A stretch of DNA of 64,000 nt, from assembly GCA_032718475.1 (NCBI GenBank), contig JAUCBJ010003773.1, positions 107,448-171,447 on the forward strand, in the 5' to 3' direction. Origin of the DNA: Nemertoderma westbladi (lineage: Eukaryota; Animalia; Xenacoelomorpha). The translations under genes were made by a program, and so were the position numbers. Shown one piece after another: positions 51,147 to 64,000 of this stretch (the first letter of the stretch is position 1; every line of letters begins with the position of its first letter). Under the pieces are notes generated by a model that was not told the origin of the DNA, searched no databases, and was given only the letters and a program-made list of their open reading frames with translations.

Positions 51147-52619
51147 GTTAGCAATGATTTAAAAATTCAATATTTAATTTGCACAACTTAGTAAATGTCA
51201 CCTACAATGTAATACATTATATGGGTGATTCTCATCAGATCTGTACTGGTTGCGGACGGGACATTTGCATTTTTCATGGCCGTTTATATCTCATACTAAC
51301 CATTATAGATATAAGAGTAATGGCTCATTTTATTCAACAATGATATTCCAAACTTTGTGCCACAAAAAGGATTCTGCAAAAATCTGTCATGACCTTTTGG
51401 AGTCAAAATAAAACAAAAATGTGTCCCATCCACAACTTTTGAGAAAAATAAACTGCGTTAGTTCTTTAATTGACTAACATTATGCTCAAAGATTATCTCC
51501 TCATTATTACGTGGTATATGTCCAGCTTACCTTTCAAAGTGAAAAAAATAAGGATTTATTTACTTTTAGGCTTTAATTTTAGCTTTTTCTGATTAAAAAA
51601 AATTGTCATGCTAAATGTCCCATCCGAAACATTCTTCATTTAGTGGAACACGAATGGTATTATAACGTGTATTATTGTGCCAAAAGTTGGTCAATTAATA
51701 CAGACACACAGTATTGTAGAAATTAAGCACAATCTTCCAAGTATTATTGAAAAATAACTCAATTTCTACCGTGTGTGTGTTTGAAATTACAGGCAACCTG
51801 TCCCATCCGCAATGGGGGTTTCTTGTAAGCCCTGGATAATATCAAATGGCTATTTATATTTTTTCTGTAAGAAATTAACCCTGCTAATTAATAAATAATA
51901 AATTTTTTTTACATATATTAGCCGTTATTCCAGGTTAGACAAATAAATGACAATGTCCCATCCGCAATGGATGTCCCATCCGCATCGCCTAAATTAAGGT
52001 ATATTATATACATTTATACAGCCAACATAGGCCAATATGAGCCTATGTTTTCTATTATCGTATTATTTTGTTATCTGAACATGTTTTCATGTTCAGTTCA
52101 TGTTGTTATCATGAACTGATTTAAATTTAACTTGAAAAATCTTTCAGCCACATTATCATCAGTCTCCAAGAAGCATAGTGATTGAGATCTATTTTGTACA
52201 ATAAAACTCCACATTATTGTGAGCAATGTCAAGCCACAACATGTTGGCTCTGCCTCACAACAACACCAGTACAACAACGTCGGTATTATACTTTAAGCAT
52301 TGATTGACACATTAATTAGATCCACAATGCAGAATGTGAAACAGTTTGATGGCATCTCGCGAGTCCATATTGTCAAACAATTTTATTTACATTGGTTGTT
52401 GCTTCTGAGTTTATTCATAAATCATTAATAGTTACGAGACATCGAAAGTGCAGTTTGTGATGAAGAAGAGTGAGAATTAATAATATGTGTTATAAATCCA
52501 GACAGTAAATCTGGTGGGAAAATATCACGGAAGTTAGAAGTAAGAGGAGTTATATTATGTAAAGGAGTTAATAATTAATCTTATTAAATAATTGAACTAC
52601 CTCTAACAACACATAGCCC

Positions 52620-53750
52620 GTGGTATTCACCAAAACCGGGCATTCAAAGATGCTCGAAATAGAGCCGCTATTGATGAAGGAAGCTGTCCTTGTAGTCCAA
52701 GCTGACTGGTCCGAGAATATTAAACTTCGACAATCTCGCGAAGAGAAACGTGCATACTACTATGAGTGCCAATTTGCACTGCGTCCCATGCATATATGGA
52801 CAAGTGAAGGAGAGATAGCATATGAAGGGATAGGCGACACTACCGATCACAAGGCATGTGCGGTTTTCGCAACATTTGAACATGTTATTCTTAAGTATGT
52901 TGCAAACAAGGATCACTTTATTGTAGTGACAGACTCCCCTACCTCACAGTTCACAAACAAGTACATTTTTTACTTGGCCCAGAAATTCTCGAATACCTAT
53001 TATGTAACAGTTCAGTGGATTTATCTCGAGACAGGACATGGGAAAGGGGTTACCGATGGCATTGGGGCTGCCATAAAGAGATGCGTCAAAGACATTATCG
53101 CCCATATCGGAAACTTAAGTTCCGATTATTTAGAGCAGCAGTAGTTCCAGTGCTCCTCTATGGGAGTCCATGCTGGGATCTAACTGCTGAGGACACCAAA
53201 TCTCTGGATGGCATATTCACAAGAATGCTACGCCGGGTTCATTGTGTCAAGTACAATGCACACATCTCCAACCCGTCACTATATAACATTGGAGGTGTCT
53301 CATTGGTTCCCCCAAGCTTGACACATGAACAAAATCGCCTCCGCTTTGCAGGACATTGCTTTCGCCGTGAGGACCAGCCAGTGCATAATCTTGTACTTTG
53401 GTAGCCTCATGGAGTGAATAAGCCCATGACTTTCTTGAGACGCATCTTAAAGGACACTGGCCTTGAAGATGCTGATGATCTAGCAAATGTCATGGGTGAT
53501 AGGGAGTTGTGGCGGCGCAATTTTGTCGACAAGCCGGCACAGCATTCTTAAAAATGCAGCTGCAATGCAGCATGCCGATCCTAGTAGTAATCGCCCATAA
53601 TCCCAACATACCCATATACACAGCTAAAGATGTTATGAAAAATCTACCCCAATACAAATCTATCAAAACGTTTGTATATACCAAAGCAGCTATAGATGTA
53701 ATTAAACAATCATTGCCAAATGTGAAAACTATTAAGGATACATTGAAGGA
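52620..53750 (+). pseudogene. DDD/E transposase fragment interrupted by a LINE
   Basis: QADWSEN, TDSPTSQFTN, ETGHGKGVTDGIGAAIKR; removing 53107-53599 restores KDIIAHNPNIPIYTAKDVM. Confidence 0.8.
53107..53589 (+). mobile_element. RTE-like LINE 3' fragment inside the transposase
   Basis: Near-identical to the reverse complement of 37120-37620; 10-bp TSD ATCGCCCATA at 53097-53106 and 53590-53599. Confidence 0.93.
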
Positions 53751-55699
53751 AGGAAATCGAACTAAAGCCGAAAAGTTCAACTATCAAAGTGAAACTTTCA
53801 TTATCGTGTCTAGCTAAGGAAGTCGAACTGAAGGTCTCTCAGGACGAAATATATAGAGACTGTGGCTCTGATTTTGGAGGCTTTGATGAGCCGGACATTG
53901 ATGACTTTGGTATGCAACATCAGTTCCACTGACTCTACTGATATGGTTTTTAAATTTTTTAGTATTCAGTTTTGTTATGAAAGTTGCGGATGGGACATTA
54001 ATTAAATTAATATAAAATTCCAAAATAATGTTTGTGTTATGAAAATAGAGCAAATTTTTGCCCTTTGCATTTACTGCCATCTTTCTCTCCAATTGGTATT
54101 GCTTTAAATTTCCCGTATTCACAAAATATTCATTAAACAATATATCATGTCCCATCCACAACATTCATAATAAACCAGAAGTAGTTCAGACTGCATGGTT
54201 TTACGTAGGTAACAATTCAATATTTAGTTGCAAAACTTTGTGATCACAGTACATATATATTAAACAATATCTGAAGACGTTTATATATAAATTAGCTTTC
54301 GAATCCCCTAGAGATGGTTTGACATAAGATACACTGCTGAATTTGTATGATTTTTTAAAACAAATGGGTGTTATTTACTTTTTTTTTATAGCAACAAGGT
54401 TCTTATTATTTATATAAATAAATGCCAAAACAGTGTTCTTAGTTTCTAACTCAAAATATAAGTGAATCTTATTTGCAAACATAATCTATCAACACGATGA
54501 CATGGCTCTGTCCCATCCGCAACAATGGTAGACAACCAGATTTAAAATACTAGTATGTTAAAAAGACAAGAGCTATTGCTTGGAAACTTTAAAACACCAT
54601 ACTAGTATTATAAAACATTAATTTAGTACTGGAATATTTAACTTTATAACTTTTTTTAAACCTTATTTAGACCTTTGTCCCATCCGCAACGCGGTACAGA
54701 TTTGATGAGAATCACCCATATAGAGTCCTCTATATAATGCTATAAACCATAAAGCGGTTATACACACCAAATCATACAACCCATAAATGTAATAACGATT
54801 ATTTTAAATATTAATTTTCAATAAACTTGTGTAAGATTACCAGTTATCATTTATTAAATTTTATATACATCCATAGAATATTATATTATTTATTGAACAC
54901 AGAATAATAAATGTATTGTGCACGCCACCTTTATACAACACCGGTAACTTTCGTAATTGTGATTCTATTTTCAAACCCGATCCAAGCCCTGTTGGTTTAT
55001 TTATGAGTGTTATTTTAGGTAACTTTATAATTTTTCATCAGTGGTGGTCGGCCTTAACCAATGACCATATTTTAGTGGTTTGTTACTTCACTTTTAACAT
55101 TATCGATCAAAATCACTAAATAGAAATGTAATACATTTGAAGAATTTATAACACGAATTTATAGGGAAGAATGGTCTCAGCTTACGGACCTAGGGTTTAA
55201 TAGTAACTCTAAAAATATCAATTCTTGTTGTATTTGGAATGACCATAAAAAATTTAGTTGCAAGGCAATGTCTTAGAGCCAAGGCACATCATACATACAT
55301 ATTGTATTGCACCTCGCTAAATTCAGCTAATGAGTGTTTTTTAAATAAATAAAATAAATAAAAAAAAATAAATAAAGTGTTTAGTAAACTTTAAAAAAAC
55401 TAAGATAAAAAAGCAGGTTACATAGACAGTGTATTCTAACGAAAACAATAAACAGAAGTAGAATTATTGTTTACGACTAATTATTTGTGTTGGAGATAAT
55501 TTTTTTCAATTGAGACCAACTTTGGGTTGCAACCAGGCGACTCTTTCACGAAGCGACCAATTAGCAGTCGTATAAAGTTCCCATTGGTAATATTTATAGT
55601 AGTTAATACTGGCAGTTAATTAACTTAAATCTATTCGAGCTAAACCACAATCAAACGCTGTCGATTTCGAATCAAACGAATCAAACTCACTGTCGATTT

Positions 55700-56800
55700 T
55701 ATTGGAAGCCGATTCCTCCAACAATTCTTTGTACTTCATTGAATGTTTAAATGCCACATTATGAGTTGTGTTGCAAATTGTATTTTACCTTTTAAACTAC
55801 AGGAGAGTCCACTTCTTGGGGTTTCGAAGTCTCAGTAAAGGCGAGGTGATTTAATTTACTCTGCCAAGCAATAATTTGCTCTGATTGTTATTTTACGTAG
55901 GACTCAAAGTGTTTCGGGGATTTCGCTAGCAATTAGCTTTTAAAGTGTCCGATTGAATTAATTCTTAAAGAAAGGGGATGTTCCTTCCTGCCCTCCAGTA
56001 TTGCCTTCCCAGATTAGATAATCCATTAACTCTTTTGGTCTGCTCCATATGTGAGTAGGTTAGGGTTAGTACAAACATTATCCAAAGCTTTTAACCAAAT
56101 CTTTTAGTAAAGCAAAGCATTCTTCAATCTCAAGTGACCATTTGAAATTAAAGTGTCTTGTAATCTAATTAAACTTTTCATCCTAAGTTATCTACGATTA
56201 TCCTACTTATGTAAGCCACCTTAGGAATACATAAGAACACATTAACTGTAGTTTTTACATTAATTACGGTGCAATTTTCAAGATTACTCTTAGTTTAAAT
56301 TTTGATTAATTTGCAATTATTGTGCCTTTTCTGGTTCGCCACCTACAGTTCCCAGCACGATAAGCATGATCGACGCGGATTTTACATTGTAACAGATTAG
56401 ATAAGTTATTATTGTGATGTTAATTGCTGTCCTTTTGGAGTAGATATTTTACCCAATTTGGGTTAACCCATATGAAAAAGGCGTTATTAGAACATATAAT
56501 AATTGATCGTTATAATTTTGAATAATTTATAACCGAGTTTTCATAATCGAACTAACAATTATTCACTTTATCCGTTTGAGTGAAAATTTGTGTAGGCAGC
56601 AGCGTTCTAAACCAAGTCCGTAGCATAAAATATCTTGGAGTATTTCCCAATATTTCAAGATCTGAAAATTTTTCCTTTCCAGCACCTCTTTAAGTATCAA
56701 TTACCGTAATTTATGCACGGTATCATGCATACGACAATTTTGGATTGTCAAGATTCTTCAAACGCTCTGGGTTTGACCACACGCATCAAACTGGGTCGGT
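55700..56800 (-). mobile_element. Heavily decayed Gypsy-like pol remnant
   Basis: Minus-strand peptide FKWSLEIEECFALLKDL resembles the RT/RNase H connection; otherwise fragmentary. Confidence 0.35.
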
Positions 56801-57458
56801 TTATGAAAATAAATTTTTTATACAACGCAAAATGTAATCGTAGGACAGAGATCAATATCGAGTGACGACGTAGCATTAATTATAAACCGAAACAAATTTT
56901 TAGCGAATTTCAAATCGTTTGTTTTTCAGATGAAATTCCCTTCCTTTAATAATCTAATACAGACTTGCATTTAATGCAATTTTAAACAAAATAAATTAAA
57001 TAATTTAATTAATATTATTATAAATAAGTATAACATAAATAGGCATATCAATTAATGATATAATACACAAATAATTTTGATAAAAAAAAATAAAATAAAA
57101 CATTTTTCAATCATTGGCAGTTATCGCCCCTCTCATCAAGAAGACAGGTCCTTCATCATCTTACTAGCGAAAGCTACCGAAAGCTACTGCGGTGAAGGTC
57201 CTGAAATAGGATTTCTAAAGTCACCCCGTGCAGTTATATCTCAATACTTTTATATAATATTTGTATAATATTTTGCCTGATAAACAATATTATTGTTATT
57301 GTCCCCAATTCGATTGCAAAATTGCGGCTTTTTGTGAAATGTTTCACAGATGTTTGGAACAATATTATAAGAAATAACCTATAATTGATAGAAATAAATG
57401 TGAATGTATAAATGCTCTTCCAATTTCAAGAAAACAATTAATTATTATCTTCTTTCAG

Positions 57459-57585
57459 AGCTCTGAGATGTCCAAGGAATACCATACATCTAAACTTTTG
57501 TCTATCGTTAGCATTTACGTGTATAATAAGCCTAATTTGGTTCTCAGTCGTCGCTTCAAACGTAGAAAATTTCATTAATGATGAG
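57459..57585 (+). CDS. Class B1 GPCR exon (ICL1-TM2)
   Basis: TTTCAG/GTTAGT; RALRCPRNTIHLNFCLSLAFTCIISLIWFSVVASNVENFINDE (LxCxRNxIHxN). Confidence 0.95.
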
Positions 57586-58949
57586 GTTAGTTCACTAACA
57601 AGATTAATTACTTTATATTAATAAATCATTTATTGAGGTGTGCAGGCCTATAAGGTAGTAAGTTTATTTCACGCTATAATGAAATAAAGCGTGCGAGGGA
57701 CCGTATTATATAGTTGTTGTTGATTCTTATCTACTAACTAATTTTACAAATAGGTACTCCATACATTATATTATACCCATGACAATTCTGCTACTTCGAA
57801 CGAAGAACTTAATGTTAAAGTTATAATACTGTAGCTACACGATCCTATTACATGTTCTAGTAACATACAAAGGGTCTTCAAAGTTACAGTCACGTATAAT
57901 TTAGGAATAATAAATGATAAAAGACATCGATTCAGCAGTTAACTTGAAGGCGGTTTGTGTCTAATCAAAGCAAAGTAAAGCAACACCCAGATTTATGAGT
58001 TTTTGGATGCCCATTGAACGAATTTTCCAGTTTAATATGTGGGATTTAAGGGTACCTAGGGATTTCTCCTCGGAACTACCATTCCAGGATGCGAGTTTTA
58101 ATTGGGAAAATATTTAACCATAGGCAATGTACGCGAGGGAGTCATTGTTTTGGGCATTCGTCCGATATTAAACCAGCATTGCGGTTACTTTCTGGCTTAT
58201 CAGTCAAGTTTAATAAGTTTCGCATAATTGCGATCACCATGATTGGTCCCGATGAGCTTTCTGTACCGCAAATTACGTTACGTCTTCACAAAGCCATCAA
58301 AATATTAATTGGTATTGGGAGACAGACATACAAATAATACAATTGATACTGTTGAACGGGCAAACCCACATAACCACCCCAGTAATACCCCCCCATAACA
58401 CCCCGGGTCGAATAGGACGCCATACTAAAGCGATGTAATTGATGATAATCACTTAATTTTAAACAAGTTTATCAAAGAAAGTTGGTTTAAGCAATTTTTT
58501 TTCAATTACTCTCATTATATTCACTTGCATGCATAAAACACAAACATGTATAAAAATGTATAAAAGTTAAAATCAAAATTAATTATATTTTGCTGCTTTA
58601 AACAGCTATAAAAAATATATTTTATATTATTCTAATTATATTGTTTATACCAATATAATCGATATGTCCCGTGGGACGAAGTAAAACAAAAATAATAATT
58701 AAATAATAACTCATCATTAGAGCATTCCTAGTATTCACCACTCACCAATATATAATTACCATATTTGATAACTTTAGATCCCACTAGAGAGCTTTCGCAG
58801 ATTGTGTCGCCCCACACCCTAACCAACAAACAAACCTAATGCGTGGACTTACTTACGTATTGAGTTAATATGATGGAATTTTTTAGAGCTTATGAAATAC
58901 CACAATTAATCGTGGATGGTATTGGATTGTTATATTGTAACGCATCTGC

Positions 58950-59140
58950 TCAGACACCCTCTGTACTGACTGGAGTACTACAAGGGTGCACAATTGACTC
59001 CATTACGTAATGAACATAAACAGCATAGAGCCGCAACTGGTGAGGATCTCGAGTTTACACTGCAAGAACGTATAAGCAGCAGAGATCACGTTCATACAGT
59101 CACGGACACCAACTTTGTGGATGACATCACCCTATATTGT
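58950..59140 (+). mobile_element. Short non-LTR RT remnant
   Basis: VLTGVLQGCT and EFTLQERISSRDHVHTVTDTNFVDDITL. Confidence 0.55.
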
Positions 59141-59241
59141 ATAATATAATACATAATATAAAAATAATCTAAAATAATATATAATTCACATATACTGAGC
59201 AACGTATTGCAATAATTGTACTAGGTAAAATGTCCAATGTA

Positions 59242-60759
59242 TGTGGGAATACTACTTGTATGTAGTATGTATATTGTGTTTGGGGGTTGCATGGCAACTG
59301 TGACTAGATAGCCCCGATGCCAGTCCTGGCTTCGGTACCGGTACAGTTACTTTTACCAGCTGCTTATCAGCTATCTTTATATGGAGTATATTATATAGAT
59401 CTGGGAAATCTATTATACCTATCTATTCACCCGAACCTCGCATCATGGTTCACTACATGGCGCAGTGCATTTAATGTTCGAACTAATGTTGGAAATCACA
59501 ACACGTCTTCGTGAAAACTTGGGGCATCAAACATACCGCCCAAGTCCAGGAAGAAACAAAGCCCTGCCACATCAGACGAAGAGTAGGACAACCCCCGTTT
59601 AAACTGAATGACTTCGAGATGCTACTCGCAAAACAACAGGCAGATAACCAGGCTGCCATGGCTTAACGGCAATCGGGCGTAATCAGACGATCCTCGCAAG
59701 TGTTAAACCCATCGTAAAGCTGTTAATGTATAAATGCGAATGATCTGCGTCCTATACACGCTCATTCAACCCCCCCCCCCAGAAGGATGCAATCTGGACC
59801 CAATTCATGGCTACAAAGGAAACGACGTTCCTCCATGCCTGGGGAGTCACTCCTGTCACCTCATCCCCAGAGTATCCCAGGGGAAATGGCCATGCAGAGT
59901 CAGTCGTGAAGGCCATCAAGGGCCTCTTAACCAAGACTGTAGGCAACGTCACCAGTGAGAAGTTCCAGTAAGGGCTCCTGGAACTCTGCAACAGCCTACG
60001 GGAGAGTGGCCTTTCGCTGGCTGGCCACCCCATGCGTTCATGGGTGCCGGCACATCGATCAGCCGGGATGGAACTCGATCGGATCACACCGGCTCTAAAA
60101 GGGACTCAGAAGGCCCTCTGCATCTACAATCGGGGCACAGCAGCCTTGGCACCCACATCTGGATACTGAACCCGGCTACCAAGCGATGGGACCGCGCTGG
60201 CACAGTCATGGAGGCTGGGGCAAACTGCCAGTATACAGTCCAGTTGCCGTCCATCCGGTCACTTGACCAGAACAGATGGTTCCTTCTTCCAGACACCTCA
60301 GCCAACCAGGAGGAACCAACAACTACTCCAGATTCCCCAACTCCCCCACGACGGACCAAGCCTGGGACACACCCCTGTAGGATATAAAAGACGTGCCGGC
60401 ACTCAAGTACCCTCAGAGGGCACGCAGACAGCCTGACAGATTATAACCCCCCTTACAAACTTATAAACTGATAGATCGCCAAGCGACGCGCTTCGAGCTC
60501 GAAAGGGGGTGTGGGAATACTACAATTGTATGTTGTATGCATATTGTTTATGGTGCATGGCAACCGTGATTAGATAGGCCCGATGCCAGTCCTGGCTTCC
60601 ATACCGGTTACTTTTACACAGTCATACAGTCATATTTTCATACAGTTACTTTTACCAGCTGCTTGTCAGCTATCGTTATATGGAGTATATTATATAGATC
60701 TAGGATATCTATTATACCTATTCTATTTTCACCCGAACCTCTCATCACGGTTCACTACA
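59242..60759 (+). mobile_element. Gypsy (Mag-like) LTR retrotransposon deletion derivative, 1.5 kb
   Basis: TG...CA LTRs 59242-59457 and 60510-60759; 5-bp TSD ATGTA; PBS TGGCGCAGT; PPT GAAAGGGGG; integrase remnants SSPEYPQGNGHAESVVK and WDRAGTV...YTVQLPS. Confidence 0.9.
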
Positions 60760-61778
60760 ATGTACAAAGCAAAATCAAAGAAAATTATACTTCTAATGAG
60801 AAAAGTCATAACTAGTTAACAATGCGACAACTCTAAAAGTTTTCCGAAGAAACCATAATTTATGAACTTTACATTGTGTGCACTAAACAGCCAATTTTAT
60901 TAGGAGAATAGGAAAATATGTTTCTAAGTTCTAAGATAGACCTCATTATTATTGCTACTGGTACGGGATATCAGAAATGGACCTGAGCAAGAAAAATATT
61001 AATAATATCAGTGAGTTTGGTAATCTTTCTTGCATTTAATCGAATCTTAATTTTAATTTTACGGCGTATAGCAACAAGACAAACGCAGTTTTCCCGGATA
61101 CAATTTGCGCATTCCTTGACAGCATGGACATAGGACAATACCTTGAGGTTATGTGTCGAAAAACTAATATATTATGAATACCAATAGACAATGTATTTCT
61201 CAAACGTGTCACGCAGAGGTGCGGTGGAATCTTGTATTAAGTTACGAATCACTCACTACTACATTCTGACGTGACCAGGAATATTTATAAAGAATATTCA
61301 ATTATAATGTTAATATTACGACTTTGTTGATGGAATAATTTTAATTTAAATCTTCCTTACCAATAAATCATCATTACCGCTCTGGTGAAAGAAATTATAA
61401 TTACATGATTTTGATTTATGTGAGGTAAACAATCCCGGGTTGTTTGCCTTACGAAACGCGTTACCGTATTCTAACTGGAATTATAATTAATCTGTTAATA
61501 CTGTACATCGTTAATACGGTACATGAGTAATTGCACATCATCTGAAAAAAAAAACTAATTTCCGTTATACGTGTCTTGGACTTAGGATTAATTAAACCAC
61601 ATTCTTAATTAAAATATGGTTTTAATCCTGAAATAATTTGTAACATCCAACAACACAATGAATCCGGGATGTAGTATGTAAGTTTTACCGTATTACGTTC
61701 TACCTTGCATACATAATCGATGTCACATTTTCAACCATGTAACGGACGTAATACATTTAAGATTTTGTTTCATTTCAG

Positions 61779-61935
61779 GTTGGCTGTAAGACGCTTAATG
61801 TTTTAATGCAATACTTCCTGGGCACAAACTATTTTTGGATGCTATGCGAAGGCACCTACCTACACAACGTTTTGGTTATATCCGTATTTCTGTCTGACAA
61901 CAAAAAACTTCTGCCCTACTATATCCTTGGATGGG
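61779..61935 (+). CDS. Class B1 GPCR exon (TM3-TM4)
   Basis: TTTCAG/GTAAGT; VGCKTLNVLMQYFLGTNYFWMLCEGTYLHNVLVISVFLSDNKKLLPYYILGWG (calcitonin-receptor-type NYFWMLCEGxYLH). Confidence 0.96.
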
Positions 61936-61959
61936 GTAAGTGATAATAAATCACCAGTG

Positions 61960-63250
61960 TTAGGACAGTAGCCCGCCCCGTACAGTAGCCCCCCGGAAAG
62001 TAGCCCCCCGGACTTTAGCCCCCCAGCCCCAAAATAAGAGTCGTATTAAGAAAAAAACATCTACATTTTTCATTTATTCAGTAATAATTTATATCACTGA
62101 AATTCTAGAATATAATATTTTTTTAATGCTCTTTTTGTATTGGTGAATATACTAGAACATTAGTAGTTATGTTTTTTTTTATGATAGCTAGTGTTTTTTG
62201 ATAGCTACTATTTTTTGAAATTATAAAAAAAATGTGAAAACATGGATATTTCAGGTTTACAATGTTGTGGAACATATTAATGACCAAAATAATTTTCAAA
62301 AAAAAAATACTAGCTACCATAAAAAATATCTACTAAGCTTCTAGAACATTCAACAATATCAAAAAACACTCAAAACAATTAAATATTAATTTTTTTATTT
62401 ACAAAAAATACTAGCTAGTATAAAAAACACAAACTACCATAAAAAAATATCTACTGTGGTTCTAGAACACTAACCAATATCAAATAACTCTCAAATACAC
62501 AAAAAAATAAAGGTTAAAAATGTCATTCGGTGGGCTACTGTCAAGGCGTACTACTGTATATACTGTACAAGGCCATGCCATCGAGTTAACTGGGGGCGGT
62601 GACTGGGGGCAACATTTTTTTTTACAACAATTTGATATTTTGATATGGGGAGAGTTCTATAAATTTTCATTTGCTGCAATTTGGTCAATCGAAGTAATTG
62701 AAGTTTCTTCGTTAAGCAAGATACAAAATTGTATGGTAGCTAGTGTTTTAGGTAGGTTTAGCTAGTAATTTCGACACTGGTTCCGACATCCTACTTCCTT
62801 CTATAAATATTTTGTAGTAGCTAGTTCTTATTACTATTTCTATAGAAAATGTTTCAGAAGATGTTAGCTATTAATTTTTAAAAAAATTATGTTCTAGAGC
62901 AAATAATTTTTTGTTCTAGAACATTTTTTAGAAAAAAATCTGGATTATATATAAAACGCATGTAATCGTTCTAAAACGTGTTTAAAATCAATAAAAAAAA
63001 TTGTGAAAAAAAATATTGTGAAAAAAATATTGATTTTAAACACGTTTTAGAACGATCTTGCCCCCAGAAAAAATCTTGCCCCCAGTCACCGCCCCCAGTT
63101 AACGCGATGGCATGGCTTTGTATGTAGTACGCCTTGGCTACGGGGGGGCTACTTTCCGGGGTCTACTGCCTGGGGGGCTACCGGCTCTAGTCCCGGGGGG
63201 GGGGGGGGGGGGGGTGAAGTCCGGGGGCTACTGTGCGGGGGGGGGGGGGG
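61960..63250. mobile_element. MITE with inverted subterminal AGTAGCCCCC repeats
   Basis: AGTAGCCCCC-like arrays at 61967-62030 and GGGGGCTACT-like arrays at 63136-63235. Confidence 0.6.
62542..63136. mobile_element. Nested MITE with P-element-like CAAGG termini
   Basis: CAAGGCGTACTAC...TACAAGGCCATGCCATCGAGTTAACTGGGGGCGGTGACTGGGGGCAA and its inverse at 63076-63136; TSD only partly conserved. Confidence 0.7.
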
Positions 63251-64000
63251 GGGCTTTATTAATTATTTGTAGTTATGGAATCTAGAACCTATAATCTAGA
63301 ACAACCTAATAATGACGCGGTCACACTGGTTATACTGAACATGGACATACAAAGTAAATGTATGGCGTAGGGACATACTGAGAAATAATGTCGCACTGCG
63401 ATGTAAAGTTAGAAAATGTGTCGCCGTGGCGATTTGGTAGTGAGAAATTAATTCCACACAAATAAATAAAATGAGTTTACTTTGGTAGTACTATACTACT
63501 AGTAGTATACTAGTTAGTATACTTTGGATTTGGCACTGGGCACTGGGGACGCGGGCCGACAAATTTTAAATTTTCTTCATTTTATATCCAATAAAAGTCA
63601 CATGAGTAACATTGTCATCATTTAAATGTCCACTGGTTTGTCAATTCACTCATTCTCAAACGTTTTGTATTCTCTCTCAGAACTTTGTAATGGAAATTTT
63701 GAAATATTTATTTTAAGTTTATGATTCTTTGTATTATTTTTAATATTTAGTAAGTAGTAAACTAAGTCATGTAAGCCTGTATAAGGCCCGTTTCCGCGCT
63801 TCTTGTTTATGTGAGACATTCTGAGCTTTTTTTTGAGCTGTTTTTCTACCTTTTTTTCTAGCTTTTTTTGAGCTTTTTTTCAAGCTTGATATGTCTTTTC
63901 TAACGTTCATTTAAAATTAAGATGTAATATGAATGTTCTAGAATTAGATAATTATGATATTCGCCCAGCTTTTCTTTTAGATTTTTTTCTAGCTTTTTTT

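Larger units (their letters stand above)
51223..54717 (+). mobile_element. Sola2-like DNA transposon, internally deleted
   Basis: ~41-bp TIRs GGGTGATTCTCATCA[G/A]ATCTGTAC...TTGCGGA[C/T]GGGACA; 4-bp TSD ATAT (51219-51222, 54718-54721); about nine internal TGTCCCATCC(GCA) motifs. Confidence 0.8.

Overview
AT-rich, repeat-dense metazoan (probably invertebrate) genomic DNA; nothing prokaryotic. The backbone is a class B1 (secretin-family) GPCR of the calcitonin/CGRP/DH31-receptor type on the + strand. The ORF track misses it because its exons are short. Six exons (21895-22039, 35701-35811, 40219-40325, 51046-51146, 57459-57585, 61779-61935) splice in frame through AG/GT sites and encode the six-cysteine hormone-binding domain plus TM1-TM4. 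Exon 1 was not found and the gene runs off the 3' end of the window. A 4.4 kb uninterrupted ORF for a centriolin-like coiled-coil protein lacking the N-terminal LRRs is nested on the same strand inside one intron (24511-28938). The rest is stacked transposons, many with readable target-site duplications (TSDs): a GalEa-type Copia inside a 21-bp minisatellite, a Neptune-type Penelope element with a 98/99-bp tandem array and hammerhead-ribozyme motifs, a CRE-clade fragment, six RTE-like LINE copies of different ages, a Sola2-like transposon, a Mag-type Gypsy deletion derivative, a tRNA-derived SINE and several MITEs. There is also an unusual head-to-head palindromic pair of tRNA-like cassettes next to a possible Penelope 3' remnant. 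All family assignments come from remembered motifs, not database searches.
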